Source of the DNA: a bacterium
Lineage (GTDB): Bacteria; UBA8248
NCBI GenBank assembly: GCA_965213685.1
Contig: CBDBZY010000031.1
Span: forward strand, 96,001-160,000
DNA: 64,000 bases
Direction: 5' to 3'
Position 1 is the first letter of the stretch. The number at the start of each line of letters is the position of its first letter. Positions 31,629 to 42,726 of the stretch are shown here, in pieces. A program made the position numbers and the translations under genes. Below the pieces are notes generated by a model. It made no database searches, was not told the origin of the DNA, and saw only the letters and a program-made list of their open reading frames with translations.

Positions 31629-32612
31629 CTAGCCGCCGATGGCGCTCATGGTGCGCACAGGCTGGACGAACTCCTCCTGGCCGATGAGATGCCCCGGCGT
31701 CTTGGTGCGCACCACGCCGGCGAGCCAGGCCTCGATGTCCTCGTCCGACGCCCCGCCGCGCAGCATCTTCTTGATGTCGTGCTCCGTCGTGGAGAACAGG
31801 CAGGTGCGCACCATGCCGTCCGCCGTCAGGCGGATGCGGTTGCAGTCCCGGCAAAAGGGCCGCGTGACCGAGGCGATGACGCCCACCTCCCCGCGTCCGT
31901 CCTTGTAGCGGTAGCGCGTCGCGGGGTCCGAGGGGTGGCCGCTCACGAGCTCGAGTTCCCCCTCGACCGAGAGCCCCTCGAGTATCTCCTCCGCCGTCAG
32001 CACCTTCTCGTGTGCCCAGGTGCGATCCGCGTCGAGCGGCATGTATTCGATGAAGCGCACGACGTGGCCCGTCTCGCGCGCCCACCGCGCGAAGCGCGGC
32101 AGCTCCTCCTCGCTCAACCCCTTGACGGCCACCGCGTTGACCTTGATCGGGGCAAAGCCGGCGGCGGCGGCGGCCTCGATGCCGTCCATCACCTGGCGGA
32201 AGGCGTCGCGGCGCGTCATGAGCAGGAATTTGCCCGCATCCATCGAGTCGAGGCTGATGTTCACGCGCCGCAGGCCCGCCGCATACAAATCCTTCGCCAT
32301 CCGGGGGAGGAGAACGCCGTTGGTCGTGAGGGCCAGGTCCATGCCGGGCTGGACCGCGAGCATCTGCTCGATGAGGAGATGGAGGTCCCTGCGCAGGAGC
32401 GGCTCGCCGCCCGTCAGGTGATAGCCCGAAAACCCCAGCGCGGTGGTGATGCGCACCACGCGGGCGATCTCCTCGTAGCCGAGAATCTCCTCGTGCGGCA
32501 GCCATGTCATGCCCTCCTCGGGCATGCAGTAGAAGCAGCGGAAGTTGCACCTGTCGGTCACCGAGATTCTCAGGTCGTCGTGCATGCGTCCGTAGCGATC
32601 AAGCAGTCCCAT
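31629..32612 (-). CDS. moaA: GTP 3',8-cyclase
   Basis: LRISVTDRCNFRCFYCM radical-SAM motif; FCRDCNRIRLTADG..C; C-terminal MSAIGG. Confidence 0.97.
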   Translation of the reverse strand: MGLLDRYGRMHDDLRISVTDRCNFRCFYCMPEEGMTWLPHEEILGYEEIARVVRITTALGFSGYHLTGGEPLLRRDLHLLIEQMLAVQPGMDLALTTNGVLLPRMAKDLYAAGLRRVNISLDSMDAGKFLLMTRRDAFRQVMDGIEAAAAAGFAPIKVNAVAVKGLSEEELPRFARWARETGHVVRFIEYMPLDADRTWAHEKVLTAEEILEGLSVEGELELVSGHPSDPATRYRYKDGRGEVGVIASVTRPFCRDCNRIRLTADGMVRTCLFSTTEHDIKKMLRGGASDEDIEAWLAGVVRTKTPGHLIGQEEFVQPVRTMSAIGG

Positions 32613-32617
32613 GTCCC

Positions 32618-34579
32618 CTAACCCTCTTGTCCGGACTCCGTCATCAACCGGCCCATCCACTGCGCATTATACCCGCCCAACGCCTCGACGCTATCCTGAA
32701 ACGCCCGGTCGCGCAAAATATCCACCATCTTCCGGATCGCGGGCATCTCCCAATGCTCCCTGGGCACGATGAAATCGAAGCGCTCCCGCTCCAGGGGGAT
32801 GAAATCCAGGCCCAGCAGCCGGGCGGCGGCGAAAATCCCCAAGCCGCAATCCGCGCGCCCCGCCGCCACCGCCATGGCCACCGCCATGTGCGTGGTCTCC
32901 ACCCGCTCATAGCCGCGGACGCGCCCGGGCGAGAGGCCTGCGCGCGCCATGAGATGATCGAGCAGCATCCGCGTGCCCGCCCCGCTCTGGCGGTTGACGA
33001 TGGCCACGTCGCCGCGGCCCAGGTCAGCTATCCCCGCGATGCCCTTGGGGTTTCCCGCGGGCACGAGGATGCCCTGCTCGCGCTGGACGAAATGCGCCAC
33101 CACGACCTCGCGCCCCCGCAGATAGCGCCGGATGTAGCGCCAGTTGTAATCCCCCGTGTCGGCGTCGAGCAGATGGCTGCCCGCGATGTGCGCCTCGCCG
33201 TCCCGCACGGCGATGAGTCCCGCCAAGGAACCCACCGCCGAGGCGGAGAGGCGAACGTCCTCGTGCCGCTTCCGGAGCGCGTCCGCCAGCAGGTCGAGCG
33301 CGTTGTCGTGGCTGCCCGCCAGGAGCAGGTTCCCCCGAATCTCCCCCAGGGGACGCAAGAGCTCCACGGCGACCTCCTCGCCCGTCTCTATCCCCTCCGA
33401 GGCGGCCGGCACGCGCACCACGCCGTCGGCCTCCACCAGCGAGCTGATGACGCTGGCCCCGCGCTTGGCGGGCAGGCAGATCATCCGCTCGCCGACCAGA
33501 CCCAGCTTGACGCGCAAAAACTCCTCCATGCCGGGCCGCGACGCGCTCTTCCGGCTCATGCGGGCGCGCACCCGCTCCTCCGCGCCGGGCGCCGCGCCCG
33601 CCATGTGGGCCATCAGGGGACGCACGAACTCCTGGAGGGCGACGACGGCGGAGACCGGATAGCCCGGAATGCCGAGGACGGGCTTGCGCGCACCCGACAC
33701 CGACCGGCAGACGCCCAGGATGGTGGGCTTGCCGGGGAAGATGGCCACGCCATGCACCAGAAGCTCCCCGAGCGCCTCCACGACGGCTGCGGTATGATCC
33801 TCCCGCCCGGCGGAGGAGCCCGCGTTCACCAGCACGATGTCCGCGCACTCGAGGGCGCCGCGAACCGCGCGCAGGATGGCGTCGAACCTGTCCGCGCGTA
33901 TCGGGCCGACCGTCGCCTCTCCCCCCCATTCGGCGATGAAGGCCGACAGGACGGCCGAGTTGAACTCCACCAGGTCGCCCGGCTTCAAATCGGCGCCCGC
34001 CTCGACAAGCTCGTCTCCCGTGGGGATGATGGCGACGCGCGGACGCCTGCGCACCCGCACCCGCGTGACGCCCGCGGCCAGAAGCCCGCCTAGGTCGTAG
34101 GGGCGCAGGGAGTGCCCCGAGGTCAGGAGGAGCTGGCCCTCGACGATGTCCTCCCCCGCCACGCGCACGTTCTGCCAGGGCGAGAGCGCCGCCTCGATCC
34201 GAATCGCGCCGGGGCGCGCCTCGTGCACGTTTTCGACCATGACGACGCAATCCGCCCCCTCGGGCAGCGGGTCGCCCGTGTCGATGGGCCGGGCCGCATC
34301 GGGAACGGCGAACTCCCTGGGCGCCGCGGGCGCAGCGCCTGCGGTGTCCGCCGAGGAGAGCGCGTAGCCGTCCATGGCGGCGGCGTGGAAGTGCGGGCTG
34401 GAGACCTGCGCATAGACCGCGCCCGCCGTCACGCGGCCGAGCGCCTCGGACGCGGCGACCTCCTCCTCCCCGAGCCGGGACGCGCCCAGGCTGCCCAGCA
34501 GACGCGAGAGCGCCTCCTCGCGCGGAATGTTCTCCAAATAGATTTTCCGGCCCCCGCGGGCCGGGGACGAACCGCTCAT
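32618..34579 (-). CDS. moeA: MoeA fused to a LysR-type substrate-binding (PBP) domain
   Basis: AAMDGYA, PTGDEL and PGKP motifs, then GSHD, VGSLAGL and VNRQSGAGTR of the PBP domain. Confidence 0.92.
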   Translation of the reverse strand: MSGSSPARGGRKIYLENIPREEALSRLLGSLGASRLGEEEVAASEALGRVTAGAVYAQVSSPHFHAAAMDGYALSSADTAGAAPAAPREFAVPDAARPIDTGDPLPEGADCVVMVENVHEARPGAIRIEAALSPWQNVRVAGEDIVEGQLLLTSGHSLRPYDLGGLLAAGVTRVRVRRRPRVAIIPTGDELVEAGADLKPGDLVEFNSAVLSAFIAEWGGEATVGPIRADRFDAILRAVRGALECADIVLVNAGSSAGREDHTAAVVEALGELLVHGVAIFPGKPTILGVCRSVSGARKPVLGIPGYPVSAVVALQEFVRPLMAHMAGAAPGAEERVRARMSRKSASRPGMEEFLRVKLGLVGERMICLPAKRGASVISSLVEADGVVRVPAASEGIETGEEVAVELLRPLGEIRGNLLLAGSHDNALDLLADALRKRHEDVRLSASAVGSLAGLIAVRDGEAHIAGSHLLDADTGDYNWRYIRRYLRGREVVVAHFVQREQGILVPAGNPKGIAGIADLGRGDVAIVNRQSGAGTRMLLDHLMARAGLSPGRVRGYERVETTHMAVAMAVAAGRADCGLGIFAAARLLGLDFIPLERERFDFIVPREHWEMPAIRKMVDILRDRAFQDSVEALGGYNAQWMGRLMTESGQEG

Positions 34580-34649
34580 TCGCCTGCTCCGAATCCGGCA
34601 GGGGAAAAACCGCCCGAGGCGCACGCGCCCCCCGCCGCCTCCCTGCCGC

Positions 34650-35891
34650 TCAATACAGATGCACGCGCACCGGCGCGCCCGCCGGCAGCCCCTCCGCCTC
34701 CAGCGGAACCACGATGTAGCCGTCGGCCCTCGTCATGGTCGATATCATGGCGGAGTTGCCCATCAGGGGATGGGCGAGCCGTCCGCCGTCCCCCCGCTCG
34801 ATCGAGACGCGAACCATGTCCTCGCGCCCGGGGGCGGAGGCCACGTTTCTCGAGAGCGTCGCCGGCAGCGCCTCGGGCGCAGCCTCCGCCCGCGTCGCCT
34901 CGCCGCTCAGCTGCCGGAGGATGGGGCGGACGAAGGCGTGAAATATCATCAGCGCGGAGACCGGATGCCCCGGAATTCCGATGACTGCCTTCTCCCCGCC
35001 GTCGCGGCGGACGCGCCCGATGATGGTCGGCTTGCCGGGCTTGACCGATATGCCGTGCACCAGGACGCCAGGCTCCCCCAGGGAGTCGATGGCCTCCACC
35101 GTGTAGTCCCGAAGTCCCATGGAGCTGCCGCCGGAGATGAGGACGACGTCCGCGCGGCGGACAGCTCGCTCCAGGCGCTCCCGGATGACGGCGAGATCGT
35201 CGGGGAGAATCGCCTCCGTCTCGGGCGTCCCGCCCGCCTCGATCACCCCCGCCGCCAGGGAGAAGCGGTTGATGTCGCGCACCTCGCCTGTGCGGGGCGT
35301 CTCGCGCGGGTCGATGAGCTCGTCGCCCGTGGGGAGTATCGCCACGAGCGGGCGGCGGCGGACCGCGACCGACGTGACCCCGACGCCCGCGAGGGCGCCG
35401 ATGTCCTGGCTCCTCAGGCGCGCGCCCGCCCGCAGAACCGGATCGCCGCGCCGGATGTCGTCCCCGACCCCCAGGACGTTCTCGCCCACGGCGACGGGGC
35501 GGCGAACCTCCAGCGTCTCCGGGTCGGGCGCCGAGGTGAACTCCTCCATCACCACCGCGTCCGCCCCCTCGGGGATCATGCCGCCGGTCAGGATGCGGGC
35601 CGCCTCGCCCCGGCGCACCGGAAACGCGGGCGCCGCCCCCATCGGCACGGCGCCGACGACGTCGAGATAGGCGGGTATCGCCTCCCCCGCGCCGAACGAA
35701 TCCGCCGCCCGAAGCGCGTAGCCGTCCATCGTGGCGCGCGGGAAATCCGGCAGGTGGACGGGGGAGCGAACCTCTTCGGCGAGGATGCGGCCCACCGCCT
35801 CGAACGAGGAGAGCCGCTCGGCGGCCAGCGCCGGAAAACCCCGAATCGCCTCCTTCGCCTTCTCGGGCGACACGACCTGGAAGAATTCCAT
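34650..35891 (-). CDS. moeA: Molybdopterin molybdotransferase
   Basis: RATMDGYA, TGGMIPEGADAVVM, SGGSSMG, KPGKPT and PGHPVS motifs. Confidence 0.94.
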   Translation of the reverse strand: MEFFQVVSPEKAKEAIRGFPALAAERLSSFEAVGRILAEEVRSPVHLPDFPRATMDGYALRAADSFGAGEAIPAYLDVVGAVPMGAAPAFPVRRGEAARILTGGMIPEGADAVVMEEFTSAPDPETLEVRRPVAVGENVLGVGDDIRRGDPVLRAGARLRSQDIGALAGVGVTSVAVRRRPLVAILPTGDELIDPRETPRTGEVRDINRFSLAAGVIEAGGTPETEAILPDDLAVIRERLERAVRRADVVLISGGSSMGLRDYTVEAIDSLGEPGVLVHGISVKPGKPTIIGRVRRDGGEKAVIGIPGHPVSALMIFHAFVRPILRQLSGEATRAEAAPEALPATLSRNVASAPGREDMVRVSIERGDGGRLAHPLMGNSAMISTMTRADGYIVVPLEAEGLPAGAPVRVHLY

Positions 35892-35982
35892 CGGGCGCCT
35901 CCGCGCATGAAAAAACCAACCGCTGCGCGCGCAGGGTCGGCCTGGGAATCGAGCGGGCGGGAGCGCCGCCCGGGGCGGCCCG

Positions 35983-36192
35983 CTAGGCCTTCTCTCCGTC
36001 CCCGGCGGAGGAGGAGGCGGGCGCCTCCTTTTTCTCGGGCAGCTCCGCGTCGTCGCTCATCCCCCTCTTGAAGCTCTTGATGCCGCGGGCGAGGCCCGAG
36101 CCGATCTCCGGCAGGCGCTTCGCGCCGAACACCAGCACGCATATCGCCAGGATGACCAGCAGCTCGGGAATACCCATATTCATCGGGAACAT
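35983..36192 (-). CDS. tatA: Twin-arginine translocase TatA/E
   Basis: MGIPELLVILAICVLVFGAKRLPEIGSGLARGIKSFK. Confidence 0.93.
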   Translation of the reverse strand: MFPMNMGIPELLVILAICVLVFGAKRLPEIGSGLARGIKSFKRGMSDDAELPEKKEAPASSSAGDGEKA

Positions 36193-36217
36193 CGGACAGA
36201 CTCCTTCGGATGAATGA

Positions 36218-37400
36218 TCAGGAAGCGGCGTCCGCGAACACCTGCGAGGCGGCGCCGACCCCCTCTCCCGCCTTCGCAATATACCCCAGTTTCGAGAAAA
36301 TGGCCTCCAGGGCGGAGAGGAGGTAGACCACGTTCGCGTGGGTGGCGCCGTGGCCCATCATGCCGACCCGCCATATCTTCCCGGCCACGGCGCCCAGTCC
36401 GCCGCCAATCTCGATCTGGAAGTCGTTCAGCAGCCGCCCCCGAACGGCGGCGTCGTCCATCCCCTCCCGGAGGGCGATGGTGTTGAGCGTCGGCGTCCGC
36501 GCGCCCGCCTGGGCGAACATGGACATTCCCAGCGCCTCGACGCCCGCCTGGAGCGCCCGGCTCGCGAGGGCGTGCCTGCGGAAGCGGGCCTCCAGACCCT
36601 CCTCGAAGATGATGCGCAGCGCCTCGCGAATCGCGTAGTTCATGGAGATGGGGCCGGTGTGATGATAGACGCGCTCGCTCCCCCAGTATTTCTCCACCAT
36701 GCCCACGTCGAAGTACCAGCTCGTGACCTTCGATTTTCGCTCGCGCACCTTGCCGAGTGCCCGCTCGCTGAAGGTGATGGGCGCCACGCCCGGCGGACAC
36801 GCCAGGCATTTCTGCGTCCCGCTGTAGGCGACCTCCACCCCCCACCTGTCCAGCTCCACGGGCACCCCGCCGAGGGAGGGTGACGCAGTCGAGCAGCAGG
36901 AGCGCCCCGTGTGCCCGGCACATCTCGCCAATCTCCTCCATCGGCTGGAGGACACCCGTGCTCGTCTCCGCATGGACGATGCCGACCATGACGGCGTCGG
37001 GATGCGCGTCGAGGGCGGCGCGCACGTCCTCCGGGGCGACCGGCCGCCCCCAGGGCGCCTCCACGCGCACCACCTCCGCCCCGTAGCGGGCGGCCACCTC
37101 GCTCATCCGCCCGCCGAACACGCCGTTCACGCAGACGATGGCCTTCTCCCCCGGCTCGACGATGTTGCAGACCGACGCCTCCATCGCCGCACTGCCCGTG
37201 CCCGAGACGGGGAACGTCACCTCGTTCCGCGTGCGGAACAGGTCGCGCAGCATCCGCTGGCAATCGTCCATCACCGCCAGGAAATCGGGGTCCAGGTGCC
37301 CCACCACGTGGGTGGACATGGCCTTGAGGATTCTCGGATGAACCGGGCTGGGCCCCGGCCCCAGCAGCAGGCGCAAATGCGGATTCAACTCTCCGGTCAA
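36218..37400 (-). CDS. Alanine-glyoxylate / class V aminotransferase, frameshift near 36875-36880
   Basis: LLGPGPS, HAETSTG, DCVT|SLGG, SGTQKCL (PLP Lys) and YHHT motifs. Confidence 0.9.
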
Positions 37401-37684
37401 GACGTTCCCCTCTAGCTTGCGTCAGAGTGATGTGGCGAACGAACGAGAGGCCTCCTGTGCCGCTTCCTCTCATCATCGTCCCGCCGTGCAACCGGGACAC
37501 CCTACCACATGGCCGCGCCATCGGGAAGCCGCCCGCATCCCCGGCGAAGCGCCCGTCGCCGCGCGACTTGCCCGCTCGTCTATTTTCGTGTTATTTTCAC
37601 TTTTATTGCCCAAAACATGGGCGATTCAGACTAAGAAGCGCACACATGCCGGTTCCCGGAACATATGCTGGAGGAAGAGCGCCA

Positions 37685-38347
37685 ATGAAGAAAGAAGAAT
37701 TGCTAGGAAAAGAATTGCTCAAGGAATTTGATACGCTGCGCAGAGAAGCGTGTTTCCTGATCGACACGTTCCGCACATTCGAAGATTTGTTCGCGGCCGG
37801 ACCTGAAGTCGACAAAATCCTGGGCAAATCGGCAAACGAGTTCTTTGTCGACATCAACAGAATCATGCTCGAATACATCTGCCTGGTCGTTTGCCGTATC
37901 ACCGACCCGCCGGGAACAGGCAAGAGGACCAATCTGACGATTCCCCGCATGAACAAACTACTGCGCGAGCGTGGTCTTCTTTCCCCGGAAATCAAAGCCC
38001 GAAGCGATCGCCTTATGTGTTACAGAGAGCTTGTGCAGGATGCGCGGAACAAAATTGTCGCCCACATGGACCTCAACACGTATATAAAGGACTTGAGTCT
38101 CGGCATCTACCCGAAAGAAGAAAAAGCAAAGAACTTTTTTGAGGTGAACCTTCCAAGATACCTCGACGCGGTCGCGAACGCCATTGGCGGTGACCCGGTG
38201 GGCGGCTTGGGGCGCATAGGTGGCGATGCCCAGTCCCTCCGCGGCACACTGAAAAGAGGACTGATCGCCGATAAGCTGCCCAAAGACCCCAGGGTTGGGC
38301 CCAAGCTTGCTTATGACCTTCTTGTCGCAAACCCGCCGGAGATTTAA
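37685..38347 (+). CDS. Orphan HEPN-like (AbiU2-like) protein
   Basis: RITDP and RNKIVAH (Rx5H) motifs; AT-richer and opposite in orientation to its neighbours. Confidence 0.6.
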   Translation: MKKEELLGKELLKEFDTLRREACFLIDTFRTFEDLFAAGPEVDKILGKSANEFFVDINRIMLEYICLVVCRITDPPGTGKRTNLTIPRMNKLLRERGLLSPEIKARSDRLMCYRELVQDARNKIVAHMDLNTYIKDLSLGIYPKEEKAKNFFEVNLPRYLDAVANAIGGDPVGGLGRIGGDAQSLRGTLKRGLIADKLPKDPRVGPKLAYDLLVANPPEI

Positions 38348-38398
38348 TCACGACAAGTTTAGTCCCGGCAAGAGAAGAGCGTGCGCGCGCAACCGTCC

Positions 38399-38902
38399 CT
38401 ACGCCCCGTCGAGTGCGATGTTCTCGTAGTCGGGTATGGCGCCCATCCCCTTTCTGGCGGCGAGGGACTTTCGCTCATACTCCATCACCAGCTCCCCGCG
38501 CTGGTTGTGCGCGCGCGTCTTGATCGTCACGATCCCGCGGTCGGGCTTGCTCCGCGATTCGCGCTTGTCGAGAATCTCCGATTCCGCATACAGCGTATCG
38601 CCCGCGAAGACGGGGGCGGGCATCTTGATGTAGGTCCACTCCAGGTTCGCCACCGAGCGGTAGGAGGTGTCGGTGACCGTCATGCCGGCCACGACGGCCA
38701 GGGTGAGCGCCGAGTTCACCAGAGGCTTGCCGAACTGGGTCTTGGACGCATAGTGGGCGTCGAAATGGATCGGGTGGGTGTTGTTCGTCAGCAGGGTGAA
38801 CCAGGTGTTGTCCGATTCGAGGATGGTGCGGCCCGGGCGGTGCCGGATGACCTCGCCCACGACGAAATCCTCATACCAGCGTCCCATCTGAAAGTTCGGC
38901 AT
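38399..38902 (-). CDS. MaoC-family dehydratase
   Basis: GRWYEDF, RTILESDNTWFT..THPIHFD and PVFAGDTL motifs. Confidence 0.9.
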   Translation of the reverse strand: MPNFQMGRWYEDFVVGEVIRHRPGRTILESDNTWFTLLTNNTHPIHFDAHYASKTQFGKPLVNSALTLAVVAGMTVTDTSYRSVANLEWTYIKMPAPVFAGDTLYAESEILDKRESRSKPDRGIVTIKTRAHNQRGELVMEYERKSLAARKGMGAIPDYENIALDGA

Positions 38903-38931
38903 CTCTCCCCTCCTCCGCATCCCGGCTCCGC

Positions 38932-40084
38932 CTACGCGGGGTATCGCTCCAGCAGCCTCTTGGCGATGATGAGGCGCTGAATCTCGTTGGAGCCCTCGCC
39001 CACCACCAGCAGTTTCGAGTCCCGGAAATAGCGCTCCACCGGCAGCTCCTGGATGTAGCCCATCCCGCCGTGCACCTGGATGGCCTCGCTCGCGCAGAAC
39101 TCGGCCGCCTCGGAGGCGAAGAACTTGGCCATCCCGGCCTCGAGGTCGCAGCGCTTGCCCTGTGCCTTCAGGTTCGCCGCATGGTAGGTCATCAGCTTCG
39201 CCGCGTGGATGCGCGTCCCCATCTCGGCGAGCTTCGCCTGTATCAGCTGGTGGCCGGCCAGCGGCTTGCCGAAGGTCTCGCGCTGCTGGGCGTAGCGCAT
39301 CGAATCCTCGAACGCCGCGCGCGCCAGGCCCACGCTGCGCGCCGCCACGTTGACGCGGCCCGCCCTCCAGGGCGCTCATGATCATCGGAAAGCCCTCGTT
39401 CTCGCGGCCCAGGAGGTTCTCGAGCGGCACGCGGGCGTCCTCGAATATCAGCTCGCTCGTGCGAATCCCCCGGTAGCCCATCTTCTTCAGGTGCCGGCTC
39501 ACCTGAAAGCCGGGGGTTCCCTTGTGCACCAGGATGCAGGAGATGCCCCGCGCCTTGGGCCGCTCCGGGTCCGTCCTTGCGAACACGCTGAACATCGTGC
39601 CGTGCTCGGCGTTCGAGATGTACATCTTCGTGCCGTTCATCACCCACTGGTCATCCTCGCGCGTCGCCCGCGTCTTGAGGGCGGCGGCGTCGGAGCCCGA
39701 GCCCGGCTCGGTCAGCGCCATGCCCGAGTGCCACTCGCCGGTGGCCATCCGGGGAAGATAGGTTCTCTTCTGCTCCTCCGTCCCGTAGTGGAGGAGCATC
39801 CAGGCGGTCATCATGTGCGTGCCGAGGATGCCCGCCACGCTCATCCAGCCGACGGAGAGCTCCTCCATGGCGATGGCGTAGCACACCTCGTCCATGCCGC
39901 TTCCGCCGTATTCCTCGGGTATCGTGAAGCCGAAGAAGCCGAGCTCCTGCATCTTCTCCACCACCGGCGTGGGGTATTTGTCGGCGAGCTCGTATTCCAT
40001 GGCGATGGGGATGACCTCGCGGTCGACGAAATCCTTCATCATCCGCCGCACGCTCGCCTGCAGCTCCGAGAACTCGAAATCCAA
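38932..40084 (-). CDS. Acyl-CoA dehydrogenase, frameshift near 39360-39366
   Basis: PEEYGGSG, LTEPGSGSD, KMGYRG, HGGMGY and GEGSNEIQR motifs. Confidence 0.9.
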
Positions 40085-40153
40085 TGGACGCTCCTTCCTC
40101 TTGGCTGGGGGGCCGGCCTCCACGCGCCGGACCGGAAACCATGCCGCCGGGCG

Positions 40154-41341
40154 TCAGATCACGCCGTCGCGGCGCAGCGCCGCCGTCTCCTCCGGGGAAT
40201 ATCCCAGGCGCTCCAACACCTCCTCCGTATGCGCGCCCAGTCTGGGCGGGTGCTCAAGCCTGGGCGTCATGCCGCTGAACTTCACCGGGAAGCGGCACAT
40301 TTTCAGGGCGCCGTATTCGCCTTCCACCTCGGGGAAAATCTCGCGGTGCGCCGTCTGGGGATGATCGCACACCTCGCCCAGGTCGTTCACCTCCCCGCAG
40401 GGAACGCCCGCCTCCATGAAGATGCGCCGCCACTCCCCGCACTCCCTCGTGGCGAGAATCGGCAGGATGCGCGCGAGTAGTGCCTCCTTGTTCGCGTATC
40501 TGTCCGCGTTGGTCGAGAAGCGCGGGTCGTCGGCCCATTCGGGGTGTCCGAGGACGCCGGCGAGAAGGCGCCAAGTGTTCTCGTTGCCGCACGCGATGCC
40601 GATGAGCTTCCCCCCCTTGGCGGGATAGGCGCCGTAGGGGGCGAGGAAGTGATGCCCCACCCCCACGCGGCGCGGCTTTTTGCCGTGGAGGTGGTAGAGA
40701 AAGTGAAAATAGCCCTGCATGCTCACCATGCAGTCGAACATCGAGACGTCCACCTCCTGGCCCCGGCCGGTGCGGTCGCGCTGGCGGAGCGCCATCATCG
40801 CCGCTAGGGCGACGAAAAGCCCCGTCACCCCGTCGCAGATGGAGTGGGCCATCTTCGCGGGAGACTCCGGGGTGCCCGTCATGTCCATGATTCCCGCCTC
40901 CGCCTGGATGAGGCCGTCGAACGCCTTCATGTCGCGGTAGGGGCCGTCCTGTCCGTATCCGGAGGCGTGGAGGTAGATGATGTCGGGCCGTATCCTCCGC
41001 ACCTCCTCGTAGGAGAAGCCGAGCCTCGCGACAGCCCCCGGGCTGAAATTCTCGAGGAAGACGTCCGCCCCCTCGAGCATCCGGCACAGAACCTCCCTGC
41101 CCCTCTCGTCCTTCAGGTCGAGCGTCACGCTCTTCTTGTTGGGGTTCACCCAGAAGTGCACCGCCCCCTCGCCCGAGACCGCGCTGTCCCAGTGGCGGAC
41201 CATGTCGCCCGACCCCGGCGTCTCGACCTTGAGCACCTCCGCGCCGAAATCGGCGAGATGGCGCAGACCCACCGGCCCGCTGATGGACACCCCCAGCGAA
41301 ACGACCCGAACGCCCTCGAGCGGAAGCGGCACTTTCCTCAA
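40154..41341 (-). CDS. CaiB/BaiF family CoA-transferase
   Basis: LEGVRVV, ADFGAEVLKVE, NPNKKSVTLDLK, ENFSPG and PPRLGAHT motifs. Confidence 0.9.
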   Translation of the reverse strand: MRKVPLPLEGVRVVSLGVSISGPVGLRHLADFGAEVLKVETPGSGDMVRHWDSAVSGEGAVHFWVNPNKKSVTLDLKDERGREVLCRMLEGADVFLENFSPGAVARLGFSYEEVRRIRPDIIYLHASGYGQDGPYRDMKAFDGLIQAEAGIMDMTGTPESPAKMAHSICDGVTGLFVALAAMMALRQRDRTGRGQEVDVSMFDCMVSMQGYFHFLYHLHGKKPRRVGVGHHFLAPYGAYPAKGGKLIGIACGNENTWRLLAGVLGHPEWADDPRFSTNADRYANKEALLARILPILATRECGEWRRIFMEAGVPCGEVNDLGEVCDHPQTAHREIFPEVEGEYGALKMCRFPVKFSGMTPRLEHPPRLGAHTEEVLERLGYSPEETAALRRDGVI

Positions 41342-41451
41342 CTCCCCGAAAAAACATGTTCCCGACGAAGGCGACCTCCCGAGAAGCGCGGGCCTCCATC
41401 AGAGAGACCTGACGATACACGATTGATTTCAGGGATGACAAGACGGGGGGC

Positions 41452-41799
41452 TCAGGCGGACTCCCCCGCCTCGTCCAGGTAGAACTGGAAATCGCCCAGG
41501 GTGCGGGAGATGAAGGACGCCGCGCGGTCGAGTGCGATGAACTCCATGTCCTCCGGGTCGTCCTCGACCTCGGCCCGCAGCGCGGCGAGGGCGTCGAGAT
41601 ACGCATGGGCCTCAGGCCCCGGGGGGGCGTCCCTCCTCTCCGCCGGCGCGGCGCCCGCCTCCACGAACGCCGCGAACGCGCCCACCTCGTAGGAGATGAA
41701 ACAGAACGCATGGTGGAGTGCCCTCTCCTCCACGCTCCCCTCCCCTTGCGCGTCTTTTCGCAGGGCGTTGAGCTTCGCCAAAACGGGTTCGTGCTTCAA
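41452..41799 (-). CDS. Hypothetical protein with internal duplication
   Basis: TTG start with AGGAG RBS; two similar halves (ALHHAFCFISYEVGAFAAFVE / ALDRAASFISRTLGDFQFYLD). Confidence 0.6.
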   Translation of the reverse strand: MKHEPVLAKLNALRKDAQGEGSVEERALHHAFCFISYEVGAFAAFVEAGAAPAERRDAPPGPEAHAYLDALAALRAEVEDDPEDMEFIALDRAASFISRTLGDFQFYLDEAGESA

Positions 41800-42726
41800 T
41801 GGCGTCTCCTGGCAAGTTTGTCGAGAACGCGGGCGCGCGCCTCGACGCCCGCCATGCGCTCCAGCACCCGGACGAGGGCGATGTGGTCGAGCTCCCCCTC
41901 TCCGTTCGCCACCAGGGGCGTTGAACATCTGGGCCACGAGCGCAGCGCCGGGGAGTGCGACCTCGCGCTCGCGCGCCTGCTCGAGTGCGTAGCGCAGGTC
42001 CTTCACGTGGCTGCGCACCTTGCCGCCGGGCGAGAAATCGCCGGAGAGAATCTTGGGCGCCTTCACCTCCAGCCCCCCGCAGCGCGCGAGGCCCGCCCCC
42101 ATGACGTCCACCAGCGCGGCGGGGTCGAGGCCGGCCTTGGCGCCGAACACGAGCGCCTCCCCCACGCCCAGGAAGGTGACGGCCACCAGAATCTGGTTCG
42201 CGAGCTTGGCGATGCACCCCGAACCCGCCGCAACCCCGACGTGCGCCACCTTGGCCCCCAGAACGTCGAGCAGGGGCTCGCAGCGCTCGAAGGTGGCCCT
42301 TGGCCCCCCCGCCATGATGGCGAGCGTCCCCTGCGCCGCGCCCTCGGGAGCACCCGAGACCGGCGCGTCGAGCATCTCCACCCCCCGCTCCGACAGGGCA
42401 CTCGCGGTGCGGGCGGAGGAGGCCGGGTCGTTGCTCGTGCAGTCCACCAGAACGCTTCCGGGCTGCATGGCGGAGGCGAGGCCGCCTTCGGCGAACACCA
42501 CGTCCTCGACGTGCGGCGCGTCGGGCAGCATGGTGAAGACGACCTCCGCGACGCGCGCCACCTCGGCGGGCGATGCGCAGGCGCGAGCGCCCTCGCGCGC
42601 GAGTTCATCCACCGGCGGGCGGCTGCGGTTCGACACCGCCAGGGGATGCCCCGCCGCCAGAAAGCGCCTGGCCATCGGCTTTCCCATCAAGCCCAGACCC
42701 ACGAAACCGATCGAGACCGAAGGCAT
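41796..42726 (-). CDS. NAD(P)-dependent beta-hydroxyacid dehydrogenase (2-hydroxy-3-oxopropionate reductase-like), frameshift near 41915
   Basis: GFVGLGLMGKPMA, LDAPVSG, AKLANQI and KDL motifs. Confidence 0.88.
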
